Positions 1-11,785 of a DNA stretch of 64,000 nt are shown here, in pieces. Made by a program: the position numbers and the translations under genes. Position 1 is the first letter of the stretch. Every line of letters starts with the position of its first letter. Source of the DNA: Convolutriloba macropyga (taxonomy: Eukaryota); the NCBI RefSeq assembly GCF_964194025.1, contig NC_134475.1:43214001-43278000 (forward strand), in the 5' to 3' direction. Below the pieces are notes generated by a model that saw only the letters and a program-made list of their open reading frames with translations, searched no databases and had not been told where the DNA came from.

Positions 1-1391
1 CTTTGGCTATTTATCGCTTTTCTTTCCAATCACAACTAATTTGGAATTTAAAAATGTTAGGTTCACGGTTGTTGTGAGATTAGTTTTATTAGTTGCTGAC
101 ATTCCAGTGAAAGCGTCCATCCTCAACATGCATCATCACTTAGCCAAGTACGCGTGCAAACTTTGCCATATCGAAACTCAATTAGAAGATACAATCCGGT
201 ACTTTCCGTACAAGAAATTTCCGATGCGGACTATAGAAGAACACGCTGAAGATGTTCAACAGATTCAGAGAGAGAACTTAAATTCCATAAGAGGGATTAA
301 GGGACCAAGCGTTTTGTTTGAACTGATTCCAAATCTGCCGTTAACTGCACCCTATGATTATATGCATCAAGTTTACTTAGGTGTTACTAAAGTTCTTCTG
401 CAGGTAATTATTAAAAAAGCGTGAAGGCCGATCTCGAGTGTCTACAGCGTTCAGTATCAAACTTCAAATTGCCTTCAAACTTCAAACGTAACGGAAGGCC
501 AGATCTTTAGATCAGCTCGAATATTTCAAAGCAAACGAGCTCAAGTTATGGTTATTGTACAAAGGGCCTGCTTTGTTTGCGGAAAGTATCAACGAAAGGC
601 TCGCTGAGCGATTTAGTTTACTGAGTTATGCCATAAGACTTCTAATGACTTCCTCTGAGTATGCCAAGGATGCAGAAAAACATCTGGATAGGCTGCTTGA
701 TATGACCCAAGAGGACCACTCAGAAGCGGTTTTTTCCGCAAATGTGCACGCACTGACGCATCTACCTTGGCAAGTTCGTAATTATGGTCTCTTGTGGACA
801 ACTTCCGGAATGATGCTTGAGTCAGCAAACTATCTGCTTAGTTCCAAATTTACAGGAACAGTAAATCATCTCTCTCTTCTCGTAGAGAGATATCACAAAA
901 GCAAAGATGTAAGGCGAGCTACTTTAGAAAACGACAGATTAGCAAAATTTTGTAATAAAATGAACGGGACTAGAATGTTCAAAAGAAAAAGCATTCCGCC
1001 TTCAGAGAAACCCGAAAAAGCGAGAAGTTATGGGACTGCGTTTTATAAAAATCAACAGTTTTCCTAATTTCAAATCGAGGGATTTGGAAATACGAAAGAT
1101 TGCTATGTCTGTGTGTTGGTCGATAGGCAAATGATTTGCGGAAAAGTAAGGTTCTTTTTTTCTAACAGCAGCAAGAATTACGTTTCAATCCAAGTCTACA
1201 AACTGAAAAAACTATTTAAATCGCCAATTGGCAGTCAAAATGCACTTTACAGTTATATGATAGTTGAAGAGCCGGAAAGTGAAGACTTTCTATCAGTTTC
1301 TGAGGATTTTGTAACTGAAAAACTTATCCGTTTCGATATTTCTGCTATGATTTATTTTGTTCCTTTGCTAAATATTTTTGAACACGATTAA
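1..1391 (+). pseudogene. Decayed CMC/EnSpm (CACTA-like) DNA transposase, C-terminal part
   Basis: Translated motifs typical of Transposase_21/DUF4218-type proteins: ADIPVKASILNM..HLAKYACKLCH, GIKGPSVL, PYDYMHQVYLGVTKVLL, RSLDQLEYFKANELKLWLLYKGP, NVHALTHLPWQVRNYG.LWTTSG.MLESAN. Disabled by frameshifts near 420 and 497 and by an in-frame TAA at 1065-1067, which is a sense codon in the later copies. The 5' part lies outside the window. Confidence 0.85.
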
Positions 1392-2346
1392 GAACTTTCT
1401 GTCTCTGACAGAATTCTTGAACAAAACTTTTAAAACATTAGTCTGATCAAGTAACACCTTTTTCTCGAAAATTTTTGTATGAGAACCTAACTTTTTCCCC
1501 AGTCAAGCTATTGCAAAAAATTGTTTTTGTTTTACACTGTACATATACAGTGTATACCCCGCGCCATGTTTCGTTTGATTTGGACAATTCCGTGGTCCGA
1601 CCAAAAATATTTATTTAAAAAATTCGGTATTCTCGGAAAACGAAAAAATCTTTATGGAAACTTAACTTTTTCCCTAGGCAAGCTATAGAAAAAATTTCTT
1701 CCCACACTCTACATACCCAGGTTATAAGATGTGTAAAATTTGGTTTGATTTAGACAATCCCTTGGTCAGATAAAAAAAATATTCATTTTCAAAATTCGTT
1801 ATTCTCGAAAATCCAAAAATTCTGTGAAAACCTAACCTTTTCCCTAGGCAAGCTATAGAAAAATTTCTTTTGTCCCACACTCTACACACAAAGGTTATAC
1901 TATGCGCAAAATTTGGTTTGATTTGGACAGCTCCTTAGTCTAATAAAAAAAACCTTATTTCCTTGATCAGATAAAAATATTTATTTTCAATATTCGTTAT
2001 TCTCGCAAATTTCTGTGTGAAACCTCACCATTTCCCCAGGCAAGCTATTGCAAAAAATCCTTTTGTTTTACACTTTGCAAACACAGGGTATACTCTGTGC
2101 CATGTTTTGTTTGATTTGAACAATTCCTTGGTCAGATGAAAAATATTTTCAATATTTGTCTTTCTGAAATATCCAAAATTTCTGTGGAAAAACCTAACTT
2201 ATTCCCTAGGCGAGCTATAGACAAAAACTCTTTAGTCGCACACTACATACACAGGGCACACTCTGTGCAAAATTTGGTTTGATTTGGGCAAATCATTGGT
2301 TTGATTAAAAAAACTTATTTCCTTGGTCAGATAAAAAATATTTACT

Positions 2347-2995
2347 TGTGCACGCACTCTCGCATCTACCTTGGCAAGTTCGTAATTATGGTCCCTTGTG
2401 GACGACTTCCGGTATGATGTTTGAGTCAGCAAACTATCTGCTTAGTTCCAAATTTACAGGAACAGTAAATCATCTCTCCCTTCTCGTAGAGAGATATCAC
2501 AAAAGCAAAGATGTAAGGCGAGCTACTTTAGAAAACGACAGATTAGCAAAATTTTGTAATAAAATGAACGGGACTAGAATGTTCAAAAGAAAAAGCGTTC
2601 CGCCTTCAGAGACACCCGAAATCGCGAGAAGTTATGGGACTGCGTTTTACAAAAATCAACAGTTTTCCAATTTTCAAATCGAGGGATTTGGAAATACGAA
2701 AGATTGCTATGTCTGTTTGTTGGTCGATAGGCAAATGATTTGCGGAAAAGTAAGGTTCTTTTTTTCTAACGGCAGCAAGAATTACGTTTCAATCCAAGTC
2801 TACAAACCTTAAAAAACTATTCAAATCGCCAATTGGCAGTCAAAATGCACTTTACAGTTATATGATAGTTGAAGAGCCGGAAAGTGAAGACTTTCTATCA
2901 GTTTCTGAGGATTTTGTAACTGAAAAACTTATCCGTTTCGATATTTCTGCTATGATTTATTTTGTTCCTTTGCTAAATATTTTTGAACACGATTA
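2347..2995 (+). pseudogene. Second, 5'-truncated copy of the transposase 3' segment
   Basis: Near-identical to 744-1391; begins abruptly at tttactt|gtgcacgcac after satellite DNA; +1 frameshift near 2808. Confidence 0.9.
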
Positions 2996-4539
2996 AGGAC
3001 TTTGTCTCTGACAGAATTCTTGAACAAAACTTTTAAAACATTAGTCTGATCAAGTAACACCTTTTTATCTGTAATTGACAACTTGTTCTTGATTGAAATT
3101 AAGTAATTAAATGTCTTATCTAACATGCTTTTCAAATTTCCGTATAAAAACGAACTTCACCCTAAGCTTGCTGTAGCAATATTTCTCAACTTTATACACT
3201 CCCCATAGACAAGAGACCTCTGACAATAAGTTTGAATTGATTTGAACAACAATAAATCTTGAAATAAAAAGTTAAGTAGTTATTCAAAAGAAAATTGAAA
3301 AATTACATACGAGAGATTCTTTTTTCCTAGGCAATCTATAGCAGAAATTTTTCTTCGTTTTTTGCTCTACATTCCCAGGGAATACTTCATACGAAGTTTG
3401 GTTTGATTTGAACTATTGCTTCACACAATGTAAAAGACTCATTTTTAAAATTTGGTAATCTCGAAAATTTTTGTATGAGAACCTAACTTTTATAACTTTT
3501 TCCCCAGTCAAGCTATTGCAAAAAATTGTTTTTGTCTTACACTGTACATACACAGTGTATACCCCGTGTCATGTTTAGTTTGATTTGGACAATTCGCTGG
3601 TCAGATGAAAAATTTATCTAAAAATTCGGTATTCCCGGAAAATACGAAAATTTCTGTATGAAAACTTAACTTTTTCCCAAGGCCAGTTATAGAAAAAATT
3701 TCTTCCTCCCACACTCTACATACCCAGGTTATAAGATGTGTAAAATTTGGTTTGATTTAGACAATTCCTTGGTCAGGTAAAAAAAAATTCATTTTCAAAA
3801 TCCGTTATTCTCGAAAATCCAAAATTTCTGTGTGAAAACCTAACCATTCCCCTATGCAAGCTATAGAAAAAATTCTTTTGTCCCACACTATACACACAAA
3901 GGTTATACTATGTGCAAAATTTGGTTTGATTTGTACAGCTCCTTAGTCTAATAAAAAAACCTTATTTCCTTGATCAGATAAAAACATTTATTTTCAATAA
4001 TTGTTATTCTCTCAAATTTCTGTATGAAACCTCACTTTTCCCCAGGCAAGCTATCGCAAAAAAATCCTTTTGTTTAACACTTTGCAAACACAGGGTATAT
4101 TCTGTGCCATGTTTTGTTTGATTTGAACAATTCCTTGGTCGGATAAAAAATATTTATTTTCAAAATTCATTATTCTCGAAAATCCAAAATTTCTGTGTGA
4201 AAACCTAATTTTCCCCAATCAAGCTATTGCCAGAAAATCATTTAGTTTTACACTGTACATACACAGTGTATACCCCGTGCCATGTTTTGTTTCATTTGGA
4301 CAATTCCTTGGTCAGATGAAAAATATTTATTTTCAATATTTGTTTTTCTGGAATATCCAAAATTTCTGTGGAAAAACCTAACTTTTTCCCTAGGCGAGCT
4401 ATAGACAAAAACTCTTTCGTCACACACTAAATACACAGGGCACACTCTGTGCAAAATTTGGTTTGATTTGGGCAAATCATTGGTCTGATTAGTCTGATTA
4501 AAAAAACTTATTTCCTTGGTCAGATTAAAAATATTTACT

Positions 4540-5137
4540 TGTGCACGCACTCACGCATATACCTTGGCAAGTTCTTAAGTATGGTCCCCTGTGGACGACT
4601 TAGGGTATGATGTTTGAGTCAGCAAGCTATCTGCTTAGTTCCAATTTTACAGGAACAGTAAATCAACTTTCCCTTCTCGTAGAGAGATATCACAAAAGCA
4701 AAGATGTAAGGCGAGCTACTTTAGAAAACGACAGATTAGCAAAATTTTGTAATAAAATGAACGGGACTAGAATGTTCAAAAGAAAAAGCATTCCGCCTTC
4801 AGAGATTTCCTATTTTCAAATCGAGGGATTTGGCAATACGAAAGATTGCTATGTCTGTGTGTTGGTCGATAGGCAAATGATTTGCGGAAAAGTGAGGTTC
4901 TTTTTTTCTAACGGCAGCAAGAATTACGTTTCAATCCAAGTCTACAAACTCAAAAAACTATTCAAATCGCCAATTGGCAGTCAAAATGCACTTTACAGTT
5001 ATATGATAGTTGAAGAGCCGGAAAGTGAAGACTTTCTATCAGTTTCTGAGGATTTTGTAACTGAAAAACTTATCCGTTTCGATATTTCTGCTATGATTTA
5101 TTTTGTTCCTTTGCTAAATATTTTTGAAAAAGATTAA
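4540..5137 (+). pseudogene. Third, 5'-truncated copy of the transposase 3' segment
   Basis: Same junction (tttactt|gtgcacgcac) as copy 2; in-frame deletion of about 45 bp after PPSE; early stop near 4600. Confidence 0.9.
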
Positions 5138-8100
5138 GAACTTTGTCTCTGACAGAATTCTTGAACAAAACTTTTAAAACATTAGTCTGATCAAGTAACA
5201 CCTTTTTATCTGTAATTGACAACTTGTTCTTGATTGAAATTAAGTAATTAAATGTCTTATCAAACATGCTTTTCAAATTTCCGTATAAAAACGAACTTCA
5301 CCCTAAGCTTGCTGTAGCAATATTTCTCAACTTTATACACTCCCCATAGACAAGAGACCTCTGACAATAAGTTTGAATTGATTTGAACAACTCAATAAAT
5401 CTTGAAATAAAAAGTTAAGTAGTTATTCAAAAGAAAATTGAAAAATTACATACAAGAGATTCTTTTTTTCCTAGGCCATCTATAGCAGAAATTTTTCTTC
5501 GTTTTTTGCTCTACATTCCCAGGGAATACTAATACGAAGTTTGGTTTGATTTGAAGTATTGCTTCACACAATGTAAAAGACTCATTTTTAAAATTTGTTA
5601 TTCTCAAAAATTTTTGTATGAGAACCTAACTTTTCCCCAGTCAAGCTATTGCAAAAAATTGTTTTTGTTTTACACTGTACATACACAGTGTATACCCCGT
5701 GTCATGTTTAGTTTGATTTGGACAATTCGCTGGTCAGATGAAAAATATATCTAAAAAATTCGGTATTCTCGGAAAACGAAAATTTCTGTATGAAAACTTA
5801 ACTTTTTCCCTAGGCCAGCTATAGAAAAACATTTCTTCCTCCCACACTTTACATACCCAGGTTATAAGATGTGTAAAATTTGGTTTGATTTAGACAATTC
5901 CTTGGTCAGATAAAAAATATATTCATTTTCAAAATTCGTTATTCTCGAAAATCCAATATTTCTGTGTGAAAACGTAACCTTTCCCCTAGGCGAGCTATAG
6001 AAAAATTTCTTTTGTCCCACACTCTACACACAAAGGTTATACTATGTGCAAAATTTGGTTTGATTTGGACAGCTCCTTAGTCTAATAAAAAACCTTATTT
6101 CCTTGATCAGATAAAAACATTTATTTTCATTCGTTATTCTCGAAAATTTCTGTATGAAAACCTCACTTTTTCCCCAGGCCAGCTATCGCAAAAAATCCTT
6201 TTGTTTTACACTTTGCAAACACAGGGTATATTCTGTGCCATGTTTTGTTTGATTTGAACAATTCCTTGGTCGGATAAAAAAAATATTTATTTTCAAAATT
6301 CGTTATTCTCGAAAATCCAAAAAATTTCTGTGTGAAAACCTAATTTTCCCCAATGAAGCTATTGCAAAAAAATCATTTCGTTTTACACTGTACATACACA
6401 GTGTATACCCCGTGCCATGTTTTGTTTCATTTGGACAATTCCTTGGTCAGATGAAAAATATTTATTTTCAATATTTGTTTTTCTGGAATATCCAAAATTT
6501 CTGTGGAAAAACCTAACTTTTTCCCTAGGCGAGCTATACACAAAAACTCTTTCGTCGCACACTACATACACATACCTCGAAAATCCAAAATTTCTGTGTG
6601 AAAACCTAACCTTTCCCCTAGGCAAGCTATAGAAAAATTTCTTTTGTCCCACACTCTACACACAAAGGTTATACTATGTGCAAAATTTGGTTTGATTTGG
6701 ACAGCTCCTTAGTCTAATAAAAAAACCTTATTTCCTTGATCAGATAAAAACATTTATCTTCATTCGTTATTCTCGAAAATTTCTGTATGAAAACCTCACT
6801 TTTTCCCCAGGTCAGCTATCGCAAATCCTTTTGTTTTACACTTTGCAAATACAGGTTATATTCCGTGCCATGTTTTGATTGATTTGGACAATTCCTTGGT
6901 CGGATAAAAACATATTTATTAACAAAATTCGTTATTCTCGAAAATCCAAAATTTCTGTGTGAAAACCTAACTTTCCCCAATCAAGCTATTGCAAAAAAAA
7001 TCATTTCGTTTTACACTGTACATACACAGTGTATACCCCGTGCCATGTTTTGTTTCATTTGGACAATTCCTTGGTCAGATGAAAATTATTTATTTTCAAT
7101 TTTTGTTTTTCTGGAATATCCAAAATTTCTGTGGAAAAACCTAACTTTTTCCCTAGGCGAGCTATAGACAAAAATTCATTCGTGGCACACTACATACACA
7201 GGGCACACCCTGTGCAAAATTTGGTTTGATTTGGGCAAATCATTGGTCTGATTAAAAAAACTTATTTCCTTGGTCAGATAAAAAATATTTACTTTCAAAA
7301 TTAGTTATTCTTTAAAATCCAAAACTTTGTGTGAAAACCTAACTTTCTCCCTAGGAAGGCTATAGAAAAAAATTCTTTTGTCACTCACTCTACATACACA
7401 GGGCATACTCTGAGCAAAATTTGGTTTGATTTGAAGAACTCCTTGGTCTAATAAAAAAAAACTTATTTTCAAAATTCGTTATTCTCGAAAATCGAAAATT
7501 TCTGTATGAAGACCTCACTTTTTCCCCAGGCAAGATATTGCAAAAAGTCTTTTTTGTTTTACACTTTACATACACAGGCTATACCCCGTGCCAGGTTTTG
7601 CTTGATTTGGACAATGCCTTGGTCGGATAAAAATATTTATTTTCAAAATTCGTTATTCTCGAAAATCCAAAATTTCTGTATGAAAACCTACTTTTTCCTC
7701 AGTCAAGCTATTGCAAAAAATCCTTTCGTTTTACACTGTACATACAGAATGTAAAATCCTTGCCATGTTTCGTTTGATTTGGACAAGTCCTTGGTCAGAT
7801 GAAAAATTTTCATTTTCAAAAAATGTTATTCTCGAAAATCCAAAATATTTCTGTGGAAAAACTTAACATCCCCAGGCAAGCTGTAGAAAAAAATTCTTTC
7901 CTAACCCACTCTACAAATACAGGTTATACTCTGTTAAAAATTTGGTTTGATTTGGACAACTCCTTGGTCTGATAAAGAAAACTTATTTCCTTGGTCAGAT
8001 AAAAAAATATTTTTAAAATTTGTTATTCTCGAAAATTCAAAGCTATTGCAAAAAGTCTCTCAAAAATCCAAAGCTATTGCAAAAAAATCTTTCCTATTAC

Positions 8101-10354
8101 AAGCTACATACATCGGGTATGCCACGTGCCAAGTTTCGTTTGATTTGGACAACTCCTTGGTCTGATAAAAAATACATTTAAAAAAATTCGTTATTTTCGA
8201 AAATTGCAAATTTCCGTACGAAAATTTAACTTCTTCCCTAGGCGAGCTATTGCAATTTTTTTAACACTCTACCTACACAGGGTATACTCCGTGCCGTATT
8301 CCGTTTGATTTGGTCCACTCCTTGATCTGATAAAAAATATTAATTTTTAAAATTCGTTATTTTTGAAAATTGCAATTTTCTGTGTGAAAACCTAACTTTC
8401 CCCAATCAAGCTATTGCAAAAAAAATCATTTCGTTTTACACTGTACATACACAGTGTATACCCCGTGCCATGTTTTGTTTCATTTGGACAATTCCTTGGC
8501 CAGATGAAAAATATTTATTTTCAATATTTGTTTTTCTGGAATATCCAAAATTTCTGTGGAAAAACCTAACTTTTTCCCTAGGCGAGCTATACACAAAAAC
8601 TCTTTCGTCGCACACTACATACACATACCTCGAAAATCCAAAATTTCTGTGTGAAAACCTAACCTTTCCCCTAGGCGAGCTATAGACAAAAATTCATTCG
8701 TGGCACACTACATACACAGGGCACACCCTGTGCAAAATTTGGTTTGATTTGGGCAAATCATTGGTCTGATTAAAAAAACTTATTTCCTTGGTCAGATAAA
8801 AAACATTTACTTTCAAAATTCGTTATTCTTTAAAATCCAAAACTTTGTGTGAAAACCTAACTTTCTCCCTAGGAAGGCTATAGAAAAAAATTCTTTTATC
8901 ACTCACTCTACATACACAGGGCATACTCTGAGCAAAATTTGGTTTGATTTGAAGAACTCCTTGGTCTAATAAAAAAAACTTATTTTCAAAATTCGTTATT
9001 CTCGAAAATCGAAAATTTCTGTATGAAGACCTCACTTTTTCCCCAGGCAAGATATTGCAAAAAGTCTTTTTTATTTTACACTTTACATACACAGGCTATA
9101 CCCCGTGCCAGGTTTTGCTTGATTTGGACAATGCCTTGGTCGGATAAAAATATTTATTTTCAAAATTCGTTATTCTCGAAAATCCAAAATTTCTGTATGA
9201 AAACCTACTTTTTCCTCAGTCAAGCTATTGCAAAAAATCCTTTCGTTTTACACTGTACATACAGAATGTAAAATCCTTGCCATGTTTCGTTTGATTTGGA
9301 CAAGTCCTTGGTCAGATGAAAAATTTTCATTTTCAAAAAATGTTATTCTCGAAAATCCAAAATATTTCTGTGGAAAAACTTAACTTTTTCCCCAGGCAAG
9401 CTGTAGAAAAAAATTCTTTTCTAACCCACTCTACAAATACAGGTTATACTCTGTTAAAAATTTGGTTTGATTTGGACAACTCCTTGGTCTGATAAAGAAA
9501 ACTTATTTCCTTGGTCAGATAAAAAAATATTTTTAAAATTTGTTATTCTCGAAAATTCAAAGCTATTGCAAAAAGTCTCTCAAAAATCCAAAGCTATTGC
9601 AAAAAAATCTTTCCTATTACAAGCTACATACATCGGGTATGCCACGTGCCAAATTTCGTTTGATTTGGACAACTCCTTGGTCTGATAAAAAATACTTTTT
9701 TTAAAAAAATTCGTTATTTTCGAAAATTGCAAATTTCCGTACGAAAATTTAACTTCTTCCCTAGGCGAGCTATTGCAATTTTTTTAAACACTCTACTTAC
9801 ACAGGGTATACTCCGTGCCGTATTCCGTTTGATTTGGTCCACTCCTTGATCTGATAAAAAATATTTATTTTTAAAATTCGTTATTTTTGAAAATTGCAAA
9901 TTTCAGTATGAAAACCTAACGTTTTTTCTGTTCATCTATAGACTACTTTCCATGTCCCATGCAGTATGACTCTTACATCCAGTAAAATTGTTGTTCGATT
10001 TGAAGCTCATGGCTGCAATTTTATTTTTTTTAATATTCTGTCAAAAAAATGATTTTTCAAATAGGAAAAAAATCGGTTTTTTCTTAGGTGCCCCTTTCCC
10101 AGTGCCCTTATAGGGATTTACCCATTATGTTGTTTGTCTTCCTTGCCTTTATATGTTATGGTGCTACATTTTGTTGTTATGGTGCCACATTTTGTTTTTT
10201 TTAGGTTCTGGCTTATCCGGAACCTGTTTGTGTCTTTTTAGCTATCAGAGCCTCTGTTCTTTTCTTGGGCTGCAAAGGAAAACTCGCCTAAAGTGCGGAC
10301 AGTTTTTCTTGCAGTTCGAGATAGTAAGAGGTATCACGAAAAAACCTGGGCAGA

Positions 10355-10657
10355 TTCATCATATTTCTTAAAAATCATACTAAGATCATATATGAATTCT
10401 TAAAAATCATACTAAGACCATATATTATTTCTTAATACTCATAGAAAAATCATATATGCTTGTTCGATGTTTCAGCGAACGCTATTGCTTATGGTTTCTG
10501 GGTTTTAATACAAAGATCATTAATGATTTCTTAAAAATCATAGAAAGTCATATATGAAAAAATGGAAATCTTATTAAGATCATACTAAGATATAGTCTAT
10601 GATTTGTATGGTATCATATATGATCTTAGTATGATTATTAAGAAGTGGCGACACGGG
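10355..10657 (+). mobile_element. Probable right end of an EnSpm/CMC-type transposon: short subterminal repeats ending in ...GCGACACGGG
   Basis: Motif AAAATCATACTAAGATCATATATG repeated in both orientations; the block ends sharply at CACGGG (CCCGTG on minus). Clustered short subterminal repeats are a known CACTA/EnSpm trait. The partner TIR is not in the window. Confidence 0.5.
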
Positions 10658-11785
10658 ACTGTATTATTGGATTGTTGATATAATATTAAGTGTTAATGCC
10701 CGTAATTTTGCTCGTAGTACTGCTGTATTAACGGATCCAAAATCACACATCTGTAAATTATGCATTATTAGACAATGACAATCGTTTTCTTTCGAATACT
10801 TTGGGGTTCTTTCCGAGTATAAATCTAAAAATTCAGATTGAGGAGCAAACCTGATCAGTAACTGAGGACTGTTGATCTTCTTGTGACGCAGCAACATCAA
10901 ACGTGTCTTCTTCGAAGTACTGTTTGAAAAGAGTTTCTAATTCTTTCAGTTTTTCTGCGTTCGTTACAACCATAACTTAAACTGAAAATTGACACAAAAA
11001 CATGACTTCTTACAGCTGTCCCTACTTAAAAACGAGCAATCTCATTTTTTAGAGAATAATTATTCAAGATCCAAGTTTCTCAAAAGTCATTTTTATAGAT
11101 ATGTGCTAATTTGGTTTAATGAGCCTTTTAATCTGCAATCAGTTATGCGAGTGCCTTTCATGCAATCATTTGCAAATTACGTTTAATCATTATAAGAGCA
11201 ATGTTGGAAAACAGCGACAAATTGGGAGCCTTCTTGGGAGCCCCATAAGACAATACCAGCTGTAAAAGCGCCATTTCTACCCTACTTTACATCAAAGTGA
11301 AAAAATTTTTTAAGTATTATTTTTGGTCAACAGAAAAACCAAATTTGTTAATGCAGGAAAAATTATTTCCCGGTTCATTTTCTCTGTTTGCTAAATAAGA
11401 AAACAATGAATTATACACTAACACCAGCCGAAGACCAGACCTACACAATATTTTGGCGTCCGTTCAGAAAATTTCTTACAGCAATAGTACTCAAAAAATT
11501 TTACAGGTAATACTTCTTTGATCAGCTTAAAAAAGTTGACCAAAAAATTTCTATTAAAAAAATGCGACTTTGACATTTCAATGGTTAGTCTATACTTGTT
11601 TTGACTCGGCTATGTCTTCATATAAACATTGTCAATTTCACCAATCAGTCTGTGAAAATATATTCTCCAGTAATTGATGCTTAATTTAATATTTCACTAA
11701 ATATTGGTAATAATTCTAGCGATCGTTTCTAAAAACAGCGTTACAGACAAAATTCAGGAGCAAAAAATCCTGAACGAAAACATGA

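Larger units (their letters stand above)
1465..9930. repeat. ~170-190 bp satellite-like tandem array (roughly 35 monomers) in three blocks (1465-2346, ~3130-4539, ~5270-9930) with higher-order duplications
   Basis: Recurring monomer with GTTTGATTTGGACAATTCCTTGGTCAGATAAAAA...CGTTATTCTCGAAAATCCAAAATTTCTGTGTGAAAACCTAAC...CCCTAGGCAAGCTATAG. Marker spacing is 170, 173, 193, 168 bp in the first block. A higher-order period of ~1.52 kb is visible (7506/9023, 7947/9467). Confidence 0.95.

Noticed and set aside
1465-9930. CRISPR-like regular repeats and many 60-100 aa ORFs
   Set aside because: Whole monomers are homologous with no unique spacers, there are no cas genes and the context is eukaryotic; the ORFs are chance translations of satellite DNA.
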